DNA from: Laetmonice hystrix
Taxonomy: Eukaryota
Assembly: GCA_965235115.1 (NCBI GenBank)
Contig: OZ249438.1
Location: 40,238,001-40,302,000 of the forward strand
Length of the DNA: 64,000 nt
Direction of reading: 5' to 3'
The position numbers were made by a program, and so were the translations under genes. The notes under the pieces are model-generated. The model was given only the letters and a program-made list of their open reading frames with translations, searched no databases and was not told where the DNA came from. Positions 9,557 to 22,400 of the stretch are shown piece after piece (within the stretch, counting starts at the first letter, position 1; the number at the start of each line of letters is the position of its first letter).

Positions 9557-12500
9557 ATGGAGCGTTCTCAGGGCCCAGATTACGTGAACACCAGAGACAA
9601 CGTCTATCACGACATCAAATCACCAGAGTCAGTGTCGGAATATGAAGGATATCTTCAAATCCAGCCTGAACTACCCCCTGGCCGCGAACGCACACCTCCA
9701 AATCATGTCACAGGCCTCGTTGTGGCAGAGACGGAGCGTTCCGTGACGTCACGTGGGAGGCGGGCGCCGTGGTGGGCCGTCACGCTCATCGTGATTGGTG
9801 TACTGTTACTTGCTGCCCTCATCGTCATCATCATCCTTATCGTCGGTGAGACATCCTGACAATGTCGATCACTTGTTTCTGGTCAGGGAATGCTTGACGT
9901 GAAGGGAATGTTGCCTTGATGTTTGGTTGAAGGTCATACTCGGTCTATGTTAACGGAAGGGAATGGGTCAGCCTTTAGACCGTTTATTATGTCATTAAAG
10001 GACCAGTGCAGGCCTATTCCTTTGAATGCTGTGTTGGCCCGTGCTGTAAGTCTACATCCGCACAAAACATAGATCCCCACATCAATTACGTGCATTTTTA
10101 ATGTGATATCAATATGGCTACAGGTGAGCCGGCTTGGGCCGGATATCCAGGGGGCGCCACCCTCTTCGACACGAATACACTGGTCCTTTAAACGAGCCCA
10201 ACAGTCTTTAAGGAATGGAGAAATAAACAAGCTTAGAGGAGATCACTAAATAAAAGCCTACGCAATGTTTGCTGTTTAAGTGTAGGCGTAATTTACTCGG
10301 GCACTGTGACTGGACGAACAAACCAACATTAATGAAGTGTTTTCCCTTCCACCCGGTGTCTGTTTAAAGATGGACCCCTGTCGAAGACAGAGAGGCCGAC
10401 CACACATAGGCCTACAGGTAAGGTCGCATCTATAGACCGAGAGTTAGTTTACTTCAGAAGGGTTTGGGTGGAACCCCGTACCCCCTGGATATGATGCCGT
10501 TGTAGGGCTACATAAAGTCTCCACCCTGAAATGATGTTGATCTATAGGCCTACATGTCTCCACCCTGATATGATGTAGATCTATAGGTCTACATGTCTCC
10601 ACCCTGATATGATGTTGATCTATAGGTCTACATGTCTCCGACCTGATATGATGTTGATCTATAGGTCTACATATCTCCACCCTGATATGATGTTGATCTA
10701 TAGGTCTGCATGTCTCCACCCTGATATGATGTTGATCTATAGGTCTACATATCTCCACCCTGATATGATATTGATCTATAGGTCTACATGTCTCCACCCT
10801 GATATGATGTTGATCTATAGGCATATACATGTCTCCACCCTGATATGATGTTGATGTGTACATGTCTCCACCCTGATATGATGTTGATTCACTCCAGGCC
10901 TCACCGAGGATGATGTTCACAAGGGGGTGACTACCCCCAGTTTACAGCCGTCCGCACCCCCCGAGGCCGACTATAACTGTAAGTGTCAATCTGGACCCCC
11001 AAAATATTTTTTTACTGCACTTGATCCTCCCGAAGAAATAAAGTGGATTCTACGAAGTTACTTCCCCACATTAGATGCGTGTTTGTGGTAAAACCCGTTA
11101 AGTCACAGGCCAAACCTGTCAAACTACTCTGATGTAAAACTAAAGTTTGGACTTTGCAAACCCACCATCCCACGCCAGACTCTGACATCCGTATGGCTTG
11201 TGTGTGTGTGGTCGAAATTGTCGATATCTTCAACACTTCAAAACAACTTCCGACATAGTGCTACAATGTCATACATGTTGACTATTTTAGCGACCGAGAC
11301 CTTCAGTGACCATTTCACCATGACGTCGGGAACGGGAACTAATGGATTAACTAACGTCCAAGTCTCGGCCCAAACTGCTGACGCCTGTAAAAAACGATGC
11401 GTTCTCAACGACCAGTTCTGTTACGGAGTCGACTTTAACCAAAACGCCTTAAAGTGTTGGTTGATCATGATACCCAACTACCGTGTACGGCCAATAGGTA
11501 GCGCCCCTTCCTTCACCAACTATAGACGCAGTTTGGCCGTCAGAGATGGTAAGTGTGGCGGCTACAATCATGACAAAAATACTTGATTTCACGATAGAGT
11601 GGAATTAGTCATTCAGAAATTCTTACAATTGAGATCATCCCAAAGATGTGTATGAGTCATGCAGCCAGCGTTCCGCCAGAGGGTAAAATGGGTAAAATTC
11701 CGTACCCTACGATTTTTCCAGGGTACGGATCCGTGCCCTCTAAACCGTCGGGTAACCATTTTTCCATGAAGTGATAAAAACCTCCTGATGATGCCTTGAG
11801 CAACTTGAAGGAATCAAATATAATGCAGTACAGTATATGCAGGCTTTCTTTGGTTAATTCACATATTTGTAACAGCAGTTAGGGTTAGGCTAACCCTAAC
11901 CCTAACCCCTCCTCTGGTCCGTACCCTAAATTTTGTTTCTGGCGGAAACCATGGCAGCCTATAAAATAACGGGGGGGGGGGGGGGGTTACAGCATATTCG
12001 TCAAAGATTGCCGGCCAATGGGTGAGCTCTGCGGCCACCAATGGTTTGACCACAGGCAGCCAGCTACCGGCCACTGTCACTGAACCTATACACACTGATT
12101 TGAATGATGGGCCCCTTATTATCCAGTATTGAGTCACACTTTCATAGATGTAGTTATTATTAATCTACATGTTAAGCCCCCTTTACTCACGCGATACTCT
12201 GGTTTAGTCACACTTTTATAGATGTAGTTATTATTAATCTACATGTATAGCCCCCTTTACTCACGCGATACTCTGGTTTAGTCACACTTTTATACATGTA
12301 GTTATTATTAATCTACATGTATAGCCCTCTTTACTCACGCGATACTCTGGTCTAAGTTTCATGTCGTGTAGAGCTGCTGACTGTACCTGGAAAACGAATT
12401 ATTGGAGACCACGTGACGATACGATCAGCGGTCAACACGCCGGAGCAATGTTCCAATCTCTGTCTCGGTGACCGTGGGGATGGCGTGGTCGGACCTGGAC

Positions 12501-15500
12501 GGTTCTGTTCGGCAGTGCTCTTCATACCGAGTAATGCGACAAATAGTAAACAGTGCCATATTAGCACTAGCCAGTACTACCTTACATCAAGAACGAACAG
12601 ACAAGATATTAGATTTCAAGAATTGCGCTTAGTTTGCAGTAAATCGTCATACCCGGGTAAGTAGTAGTCTATACAAACATTATAATTATATGTCCTGCTT
12701 CAGAGATAGTCCGGACAAGCGTTTCTTTCATGAGCAGATTCTCCTATCAGTTTCTGGTATGGAGTCTTCACGATCCCTTTATTGCCTGATCCCCTCAACG
12801 TCATATAGCCAGAGAGTGTACTAAACCAGCGGCTTCCGCCGCCTATGTAAACTCTCTGATATAGCCAATGCCGAAACCGGAAATAACAAGATGGACTACT
12901 TCCGCTTTGTGAATGCAATATCGCAGTCACAACAAGCGAACAAACTTGAACTAGTCATAGATCATAATCCATCCATAAATCTCAAGCAAAACACATTCTC
13001 TTGTTGGAGTTACATGTGGGTAAATGTATTAGGGTGGCATATTACCATTTCAGGATGTAGGTACCCATTTCAGAGGCGAGCCAAATATAGGATGCGTGAA
13101 AGATCCGCGGGACTAAAAAAGGAGGACGTCCCTGGTCAGACGGTTGGCGCATGCGCAGAGCGCTGTATTGGTCGTGACCCGTCTTACAAAACGCAATGTC
13201 GTGTCTTCGAATTCAACAGATCAAACAGGACATGTACTATATACATGAACACAGCGGAAAGAGCAAGACTAAGGGTTTCAGAAACTCCACTCATCGACAT
13301 CTACGAACTACCGGAAACATCTATAGACTGCAGTAAGCGTTTGAGACTGTCAAATGGGGGATTTTACTCGAATCTGATTGGTTAAGATGTATTTCAAGTC
13401 AATTAAATTTGATGTGGCTTCTGAATCGGTTCAAGACGCACCCCTGCTGTCTCAGGGACAAGCTCTATTTAAGCAATCACTGTTGATCGGCGCACGGAGA
13501 TTTTGTGAACATACAAATATATTACAAATAAATCTGTCGGGTATTCACCTACGTGAATATGACCAGTGACCTTATAACTATCTCTTCTTGCCGTCGAAAG
13601 GTAAAAAATGCCAAGAACAGGCAGGTGTGTATCAGTACCTAACCTTAAGAATTAAATGTATTCATTTACTTCACTTATTGGATGTCCCTTTCCTCCTTCT
13701 GTAGGTCCATGTATGGACCACTACAAGGCGTGGTATGACGCCAGGAGTGTGGGCAGAAGAAAACTGCAAGGGAAGTTTGTCTCCGAGTCCTGCAAACGGC
13801 GCTGTGTCAGGTATAAAGGTCGCTCTGACCGTCCAAGGGTAAAAGTTGACGAGATGTTAGATCTCTTCGGGCGAGTCCGCCGAGCGACTCTCAACTTTAC
13901 TGCCATTGCTCAGAGTTTGGTCAATGAGACGGTTGGAAGATGTTTCGGGTATGATATCACCCCGGACGGAGAATGTTACTTCAAAACTGAGGCCAGTTAC
14001 ACGTTAGAGAACGCTGTCGGCAACATGCACTTCAGTCGGCAGCCGCTCTGTGGTGGTGAGATGTTTGGGGGTTTTATGGGGTTGTTCTATTTCTACTTTG
14101 TGTGGTCGCAGGTTTGTAACTGACAGAGAGACAGAGAGCACAGCCTCTAACGGTAGAGGGACCGAACCCAGAATTTCATAAAGCAAGGGATAGGGAGGGA
14201 TAGATGACGCAGAGGTCAAGTTATTAAAGAAATTGGTACAAACCAAAGATATAAGAACTGCATGGCCCTAAAAGGGGAGAACCTGTGTTTATTTACATAA
14301 TAATGTGTGTTTTCTGTACAGAGACAGTTACCGTAGCTAGACAGCAATAGGTCCCGTACCTAACCATATAATATCGCCGTAAAGATGACCTTATACATGC
14401 CGACACAGCGGAAAGCCACACTCACACTCTCACTGTTCCTGTACAGGTTGTGGCGACCAGACCCAGTACACATCCACGGTCAACACTTGGCCCCCTGGCG
14501 GTGTAACTTTCTCTAGTAACCAGACCAGTTCCGTCTTCATGTGCGCGTCCCTCTGCCAGGGGGCGCTCGTTACGTTTACGTCGGCGCCGTGCTACGGGTT
14601 CGCCTACGACACACGACGGGGGACGTGTACTTTGTACCGGTCCTTCAGCTACGAACTGGGCCCCGTGGGGAGGGCCCCGTATGTCAACCACTACCGCCGC
14701 ATGTATACATGCCGTGAGTCTCATACTGTCTCACTAGGGTTCGGAGGAAGGGGAGGGAGAGGTATGACTCTAAAGGGGCAACAGGGGCGGATTTAGGGGG
14801 AGGCCGAGGGGGCCGCCTCCCTTCCGTCAGGGTACCAATCAGACAAAAGGCAAAATTTGTTGTCCACAACTGTAAAAGCAAACATTTTGCTTTCTCAGAA
14901 TGCAGGAAATGCCATTTCAGAGACGCTAGATGTTCAAAATTGTCTGAGGGCATGCCCCCAGACCCCGCTAGCAGGGCTCGGGCTTCGCCCTCAGGCGACC
15001 CCCCCCCCCCTCCCTTTCCAAAATTCTGGATCCGCCCCTGGGCAATAAACATCTCTTTGAGGTTAGGCTTTGTCCCCAAGAATTGAGGGTTGACATGGCT
15101 TCTGTCCATCTGACTGAATCTGGTGAGAAAAGTATAACTTTATCACTGCACTATATTACTATCGCATTTTAAAAGTAATATTGCCAATGGGGGACGAACT
15201 CCTAACCTCCAAAAATATTATTGTCATTCAGTGCATAGTGTGTGAACGGATCCCAACGGGCACGGGCAGAGCTGTTTGGATGCAGAGCATGGATTCATTG
15301 ACGTCCTTTTTCTCTGTGTTTATGTGACAGCTTCGGCAAGGTGTCTGGAGAGCTTCACAGTGACACGGAACATGAGGGGACAGGGCCGAGTCCCGCTACC
15401 AGTTGATATCGACACGATCGACAAGTGTAAGGACCAATGTCTCGGTTACCACATCGCCACGTTTGGGGGCGCCACCTGCTATGGATTCTCCTTCGACAAC

Positions 15501-15647
15501 CAGCGGACCCGTTGCCATGTCTACGTGGACAGACAGAATTCTTTGCCAACGCGAAGAGTACCAGATGTTGATACCTATCAGAGGAATATGCGCTGCTCTG
15601 AACTCACAACAACTGTTAGAGATGGAATGGATGACAAATTATTATAA
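9557..15647 (+). CDS. Paralog 1: type II transmembrane protein, Tyr-motif cytoplasmic tail + 6 PAN/Apple domains, 686 aa; join(9557..9845,11291..11548,12357..12656,13054..13332,13705..14055,14447..14713,15331..15647)
   Basis: All introns are GT-AG and phase 1; the total is 2061 nt, in frame, ending TAA. Kozak gccaagATGG with an in-frame stop 18 nt upstream. TM WWAVTLIVIGVLLLAALIVIIILIV follows RGRR. Each downstream exon has the PAN pattern C-x3-C...C-x-G/A/V-F-x-F/Y...C. The exon 3 acceptor could alternatively be 12372. Confidence 0.88.
10517..10890. repeat. 39-bp minisatellite in intron 1, ~9-10 units
   Basis: Unit tctccaccctgatatgatgttgatctataggtctacatg; present in all three paralogs. Confidence 0.95.
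11666..11953. mobile_element. CAG...-type MITE with 5-bp TSD (GCAGC), hAT5-like; shared with paralog 2 (21846-22126), absent in paralog 3
   Basis: gcagc|cagcgttccgccaga...tctggcggaaaccatg|gcagc; the empty site tcatgcagcctataaa is seen at ~32658. Confidence 0.8.
12133..12354. repeat. 74-bp x3 tandem repeat directly upstream of the exon 3 acceptor, paralog 1 only
   Basis: gtcacactt... at 12133, 12207 and 12281; single copy in paralog 2 (~22357-22430). Confidence 0.9.
14782..15040. mobile_element. CAG...CTG MITE with 5-bp TSD (GGCAA) in intron 6; also at 25356-25613 and 35574-35831
   Basis: ggcaa|caggggcggattt...ggatccgcccctg|ggcaa; present in all three paralogs, so it predates the triplication. 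Confidence 0.8.
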
Positions 15648-18042
15648 TCGTATGAGATGTTTTAATGGCGAGGCTGTCGTATGTTAGAACATGCTCCCAG
15701 CCACCTAGTGTCGTATTTAATAACTAAGACTGTCCTATGTTAAAGCAGAGCCCAGTGTCCGTCAGATGGACCATCTGATCGCTTAACGCTTAACGAAATA
15801 AAAAAAAGAATTTCATAAAAGGCTCATGTTTTTGAGAATTTTCCAGTTCCATCTGTTGGTGTTGGGAGGGGGCGTGAATGGGTTGATGGTCGGGAACTTG
15901 TGACGAGGTATTTGGAATATGTTTCTACATTTGCAACATGTAGGCCTAAAGAGAGCGCTGTACATTTCCTCCATTATATACGAGTAATGCTATAGGCTAG
16001 CCTGGAGTGGCTCTATAGGGCTAACACTATGCCTCATGTTACGGTCACCATTGATTTAGAAAAGAAATACAAACTATTGATTGACCCGATGCTCCCAGGT
16101 AGGCCTAGACATCTATAGCCTGCATAATGGGCCTACATCTAGTCACGATAGGTGTCACCTACGGGGGAGGTGGCGCCCCCTGTGGGCAATACAAAATCGC
16201 GCTTTGTCAGACTGGTTCTCGATCCCGTCGCTAGGTGGCTAGAATATTTAGACACCTAGCGACTGGATCGGGAACTACTCTCTGTGGTCTCAAAACTGAT
16301 CATTCGGGATTCCCTCGGGCATATGACGTCATTTCTGCATATACCCTCGGGTGACTTGGGCGCCATTATGGCAACAGATAGGCCTACATGGCGAAATCGA
16401 CCTGTGTAGCGAGGCACTGAGTGAACCGTCATATCCCATCGAGCCAGAAAGTAGTGCATTATTGAAACCTGCTCCTTGGCATCGTATGTGCAAATATCGG
16501 CCTAAATTTGTGGTATGAAGGGGAACGTTTGAAGAAGAAAAAGAATCACCTAGCTAATTTAGGAACAACAACGCTGCTTCTGATTGGCTGTTTCTAGGTC
16601 ATATCCGGAGGCGAAAGAGGCCACGGATCTATGAAGCGGCCATTTCCCCAAGATTTGCGGAAAATCCAGTGAAGTGGCATCGCGCATGAACACAGCAGTA
16701 AATAGGCCTAACAAGGGTGTAGCCAGGAGGGGGGGGGGGGGTCCAGGTTGCCTCCCCCCAAATAATTAATAGCTAATTAAATAACTAAATAGATCTAAAT
16801 AAATTACTAATATTATGGTTGGGAATCCCCCCCGCCATCTCAGTTGGAACTGATGTGGTAACTGATCGCTAGAAGTCCATTGCTGGTCGAGAAAGAACAT
16901 AACCATTGACCCTATTTCAGCCACTAAAAATTGCCTAGGGGGCCTACTTGGCTTCCGAGTCCCAGCAGTTGTTTTTCGTATTCCTCCAAGTTATGGTTTT
17001 TGTAATTTTTTTTTCTCAGGGATCATTTCACAGCTGTCAACCCTTAGAATGTGCTAACAGGGCCAAGAGAAAAAACATTTAGTGTTTATAACAGTGTTTA
17101 TAACTAGACCTAGGCCTATATATTTAGTTTAATATAATAACGGTGGCGCAGACAGTCCATAGGGAGCTAAGAATGCCCTTTTACTGAGAGGCGGCGGGGA
17201 TCACTGAATCATGCTTTATTGGGATCAGATTTGAAAAGTTCTCAGTTTTTCTCAGGCCGCCTCGTCGGCCTATACTGGTTTCACGACACTACTGACCTCT
17301 GGTGGTGAAATCTAGACCTGAGTTGAGACTCTCTCCGCCACCTAGTGTGGTAAACGTGAAACTGGGTGTGTTTCTCAGTCACTTAGCTTGATGTCGGCAG
17401 TGGGTCATGGGTCCCGGGAAAATACTCTGAGAAGTCAAGGTTCTTAGGCAGGGGTGGGTCCAGGGGGTCCGGACCCCCTGCTCCCAGAGAGCATTGATTT
17501 TTTTCTAAGCATTCCCGCCGTTTTGAACCCGTTGAGCTATTTTTTTCTAAGCATTCCCTCTGAAGGTGTCCCTTGCTAAACGGGGGGGGGGGGGGGGCAC
17601 AGTAGCGTCCGCACAAGAAATAAGTAACCCAGTGAGCATCTGCTAGTAGCGTCAGATGTGTAGGTGTTTGCGTGACGGTCTATTTCACAGACCCGCTACC
17701 ATTGAGGACAGAGGAACGGGCCATGGAGACGACTGCCAGGTACGTCTGTCAGCTTGCTCTCCTGTCAATCGTACGGGCGCAGTTTGTTTGTCACTATTAG
17801 ACAACAGTGGGCGATCCAGGGGGCGGGGGCAAGATTTTGATAATGGAGGGGGGGGGGGGACCAGGATTTTGATAAGGAGGGCACCTAAATCTAAATTTGA
17901 TTGTTAGTTTGAGTGTCCTCACACATGAAGTAGTCCAACTGAAGACTAAGTCAAGCGAGACGCTTGTATAACAGAATCGTGATATTGTCGCCACGGTCGG
18001 TGATGTCTTTGCGTTCACTGCGCGCGTAGAACATCTGGTTAA

Positions 18043-18570
18043 AGGGGCATACTATGAAACACGTTTTTGAGGATTTCCGGCAATTATCCAAAATGACCGT
18101 GTACTAGGGATCCAAGTAAATAATCCTACCACAGCATTTTGTCCTCCGACGTGTTTTCGCTGCGTATGCAGCACCAGTAGGTTCTATACGACCAAACCTA
18201 TAGATTTCTCCTGATAGCACATCTCCCGCCATAATTTGGCGGACAACCTCCCATCAACCCGTGTAATTGCATACTGTGTCACATCCTGTGTGTGCACTCT
18301 CTGCATGTGCTTAGTCACGTGCTTTGCTTAGTCGTAAACAATTCAGCAGTGGCACTCGATCGCCCGGCATCAGAATGCCACCCAAAAAATATTTTACGAA
18401 ATCGGCAGAGAAGCGGGCAAGGGAGCTTAATAAACTTCGATTTCTCACGCAAAATGAAACTGATAAGTCTGTCTTTGTTTACCAAGCAATTTTAATGAAG
18501 GATCTCTTTATGAAAACAGCAAAAGTTCTATGAAATACCGATTTTTAACGTTTCCTCATAATATGCCCCT
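18043..18570. mobile_element. Kolobok-like non-autonomous element (528 bp), TTAA TSD
   Basis: TTAA|aggggcatactatga...tcataatatgcccct|TTAA; 14/15 TIR match; AG...CT termini. Confidence 0.8.
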
Positions 18571-19443
18571 TTAAAAGTGGAGTATTAGACCTAATCATTG
18601 CCATAGGAAAGGGGAAGGGGATGCCCCCCCCCCCAATTAAAGGGTAAGATTGATGGAAGCATATTCCTATCCTGTTAGTCTGACTCACTCACCCCCCCCC
18701 CCCCACACACCCCTACATACACCCACACACACCCCAGATAGCTTCCTCTGCCTGTGTTAATTACATCACGATTACTTAATCAGAATCTCCCAATCCTGAG
18801 AAAAACGCTACACTTCTCGTCAAATCGCGCATTGTAACGGTGACTTTGACGCTTTTTGGTAAAGTCAAGAACGGCCGCTTTGATAGTGTTACTAGATCTA
18901 TAGTCTTCCCTCTCAGGAAGGCTCGTCTAGGGTTAGATCTACCATGGCTGCCCCCCCCCCCCTCCCCGAACTTGATAGGCCAAAGTCTCAAAGCCGGTGT
19001 AACAGGTTTCCGTCGTCCCCCTGGGATAGGCCTACAGGTGATGGAACTGCAGTCTCCGAAATAAAGGTCCGACGGACCTGTAGGCCTATTTCTATAGGGA
19101 CTAAAGTCAGTCATAGACTATTGTACTATTTTATTTCCATAATCCTAACAGAAATCCTCACCTTGACCCTAATCCATATGAAGGCCCTATTTTCTTAATT
19201 ATATTTTCTTTGGCCTAGACTCATTCCAGCGGACTTAGATCTAGGTACATTCCTTTTCACCTGTTCTTGGCATAGTCTATTTCTGTTACCGAATACCTCG
19301 CCTATAGGAAGGCCTATAAAGGAACACTAGGACCATTATAATTCCTGCCTACACCTTTTAAAAAATTCATTCATTCATGTACATTTGTGTAGATATCTAT
19401 TTATTTAAGGGTGGCAACTACTCCATAAATTCCCGCTGCCAAG

Positions 19444-22400
19444 ATGGAGCGTTCTCAGAGCCCAGATTACGTGAACAGCAGAGACAACGTGTATGACGAC
19501 ATCAAATCACCAGAGTCACCAGTGTCGGAATATGAAGGATATCTTCAACTCCAACCTGAACTACCCCCTGGCCGCGAACGCACACTTCCAAATCATGTCA
19601 CTGACGACGACACGAAGCGGGAGAAGGGATATCAAGGCCTCGTTGTGGCAGAGACGGAGCGTTCCGTGACGTCACGTGGGAGGCGGGCGCCGTGGTGGGC
19701 CGTCACGCTCATCGTGATTGGTGTACTGTTACTTGCTGCCCTCATCGTCATCATCATCCTTATCGTCGGTGAGACATCCTGACAATGTCGATCACTTGTT
19801 TCTGGTCAGGGAATGCTTGACGTGTAAGGGAATGTTGCCTTGATGTTTGGTTGAGGGTCATACTCGGTCTATGTTAACGGAAGGGAATAGGTCAGCCTTT
19901 AGATCGTTTATTATGTCATTAAAGGACCAGTGCAGGCCTATTCCTTTGAATGCTGTGTTGGCCCGTGCTGTTGTGTACATCCGTACACAACATAGCTCCC
20001 CACATCAATTACGTGCATTTTTAATGTGATATCAATATGGCTATAGGTGAGCCGACTTGGGCCGGATATCCAGGGGGCGCCACCCTCTTCGACACGAATA
20101 CACTGGTCCTTTAAAGGGAGGGAAACCCCACACAGCAAATAAGGTTTCGTAGACCAAATGAAACACCAGCGTCACACATCGGGTGGTTACACGTTAATTA
20201 CTTCATTCAAACAACGTAATTGTGGCATTTATTGCCCTGGTGTAAATGCTGGTGTTTCATTTGGTCTACGAAACCTTATTTGCCGTGTGGGTTGTCCATC
20301 CCTATAAACGAGCCCAACAGTCTATAAGGAATGGAGAAATAAACAAGCTTAGCGGAGATCACTAGATAAAGGCGTATACCAATCTACGCATATGAAATGT
20401 TAGCTGGTTATGTGTAGGCGTAATTTACTCGGGCACTGTGACTGGACGAACAAATCAACAATAATGAAGTGTTTTCCCTTCCACCCGGTGTCTGTTTAAA
20501 GGTGGACCCCTGTCCAGGACGGAACCGGAGAGTCAGACCACACATAGGCCTACAGGTAAGGTCGCATCTATAGACCGAGATGGTGAGTTTACTTCATAAG
20601 GGTTTGTGTGCAACCCAGTAACACCCTGGATATGATGCCGTTGTAGGGCTACATAAAGTCTCCACCCTGAAATGATGTTGATCTATAGGTCTACATGTCT
20701 CCACCCTGATATGATGTTGATCTATAGGTCTACATGTCTCCGCCCTGATATGATGTTGATCTATATGTGTACATATCTCCACCCTGATATGATGTTGATC
20801 TATAGGTCTACATGTCTCCGACCTGATATGATGTTGATCTATAGGTCTACATATCTCCACCCTGATATGATGTTGATCTATAGGTCTGCATGTCTCCACC
20901 CTGATATGATGTTGATCTATAGGTCTACATATCTCCACCCTGATATGATATTGATCTATAGGTCTACATGTCTCCACCCTGATATGATGTTGATCTATAG
21001 GCATATACATGTCTCCACCCTGATATGATGTTGATGTGTACATGTCTCCACCCTGATATGATGTTGATTCACTCCAGGCCTCACCGAGGATGATGTTCAC
21101 AAGGGGGTGACTACCCCCAGTTTACAGCCGTCCGCACCCCCCGAGGCCGACTATAACTGTAAGTATCAATCTGGACCCCCAAAATATTTTTTTACTGCAC
21201 TTGATCCTCCCGAAGAAATAAAGTGGATTCTACGAAGTTACTTCCCCACATTAGATGCGTGTTTGTGGTAAAAACCGTTAAGTCACAGGCCAAACCTGTC
21301 AAACTACTCTGATGTAAAACTAAAGTTTGGACATTGCAAACCCACCATCCCACGCCAGACTCTGACATCCGTATGGCTTGTGTGTGTGTGGTCGAAATTG
21401 TCGATATCTTCAACACTTCAAAACAACTTCCGACATAGTGCTACAATGTCATACATGTTGACTATTTTAGCGACCGAGACCTTCAGTGACCATTTCACCA
21501 TGACGTCGGGAACGGGAACTAATGGATTAACTAACGTCCAAGTCTCGGCCCGAACTGCTGACGCCTGTAAAAAACGATGCGTTCTCAACGACCAGTTCTG
21601 TTACGGAGTCGACTTTAACCAAAACACCTTAAAGTGTTGGTTGATCCTGATACCCAACTACCGTGTACGGCCAATAGGTAGCGCCCCTTCCTTCACCAAC
21701 TATAGACGCAGTTTGGCTGTCAGAGATGGTAAGTGTGGCGGCTACATGACAAAAATACTTGATTTCACGATAGAGTGGATGGGATTAGTCATTCAGAAAT
21801 TCTTACAATTGAGATCATCCCAAAGATGTGTATGAGTCATGCCGCCAGGGTTCCGCCAGAGGGTAAAGTGGGTAAAATTCCGTACCCTAAATTTTTTCTA
21901 GGGTACGGATCCGTGCCCTCTAATCCGTTGGGTAACCATTTTTCCATGAAGTGATAAAAACCTCCTGATGATGCCTTGAGCAACTTGAAGGAATCAAATA
22001 TAATGCAGTACAGTATATGCAGGCTTTCTTTGGTTAATTCACATATTTGTAACAGCAGTTAGGGTTAGGCTAACCCTAACCCCTCCTCTGGTCCGTGCCC
22101 TAAATTTTTTTCTGGCGGAAACCCTGGCAGCCTAGAAATATATTCGTCAATATTCGTCAACGATTGCCGTGACCACAGGCAGCCAGCTGCCGGCCACTGT
22201 CACTGAACCTATACACACTGATTTGAATGACGGGCCCCTCATTGGCCAGTATTGAGCCAACCCCCACCGCTAACGGGACCCCGCCCCGGGCTGACGTAAA
22301 CGCGGACAGACTGTGAAAGGTCACTCAGATACAGTGCAATCACCACCCCCTATTCAGAGTCACACTTTTATACATGTAGTTATTATTAATCTACATGTAT

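Noticed and set aside
10290-10417. Possible extra stalk exon in intron 1 ending at cag|GTAAGG (also ~20555 and ~30510)
   Set aside because: The open frame would end in phase 0. In paralogs 1 and 2 it has an in-frame TGA just upstream with no intervening AG, and the phase-1 frames contain stops.
10444-10920. Repetitive ORFs from the 39-bp array (also 10609, 20594, 20672, 30550, 30628, 30647)
   Set aside because: The unit length is a multiple of 3, giving open frames on both strands. They lie inside intron 1 of the receptor genes and have no domain similarity.
11878-11910. ttaggg/ccctaa runs as interstitial telomere (also ~41920-42020)
   Set aside because: There are only a few imperfect units, inside a MITE or another dispersed repeat.
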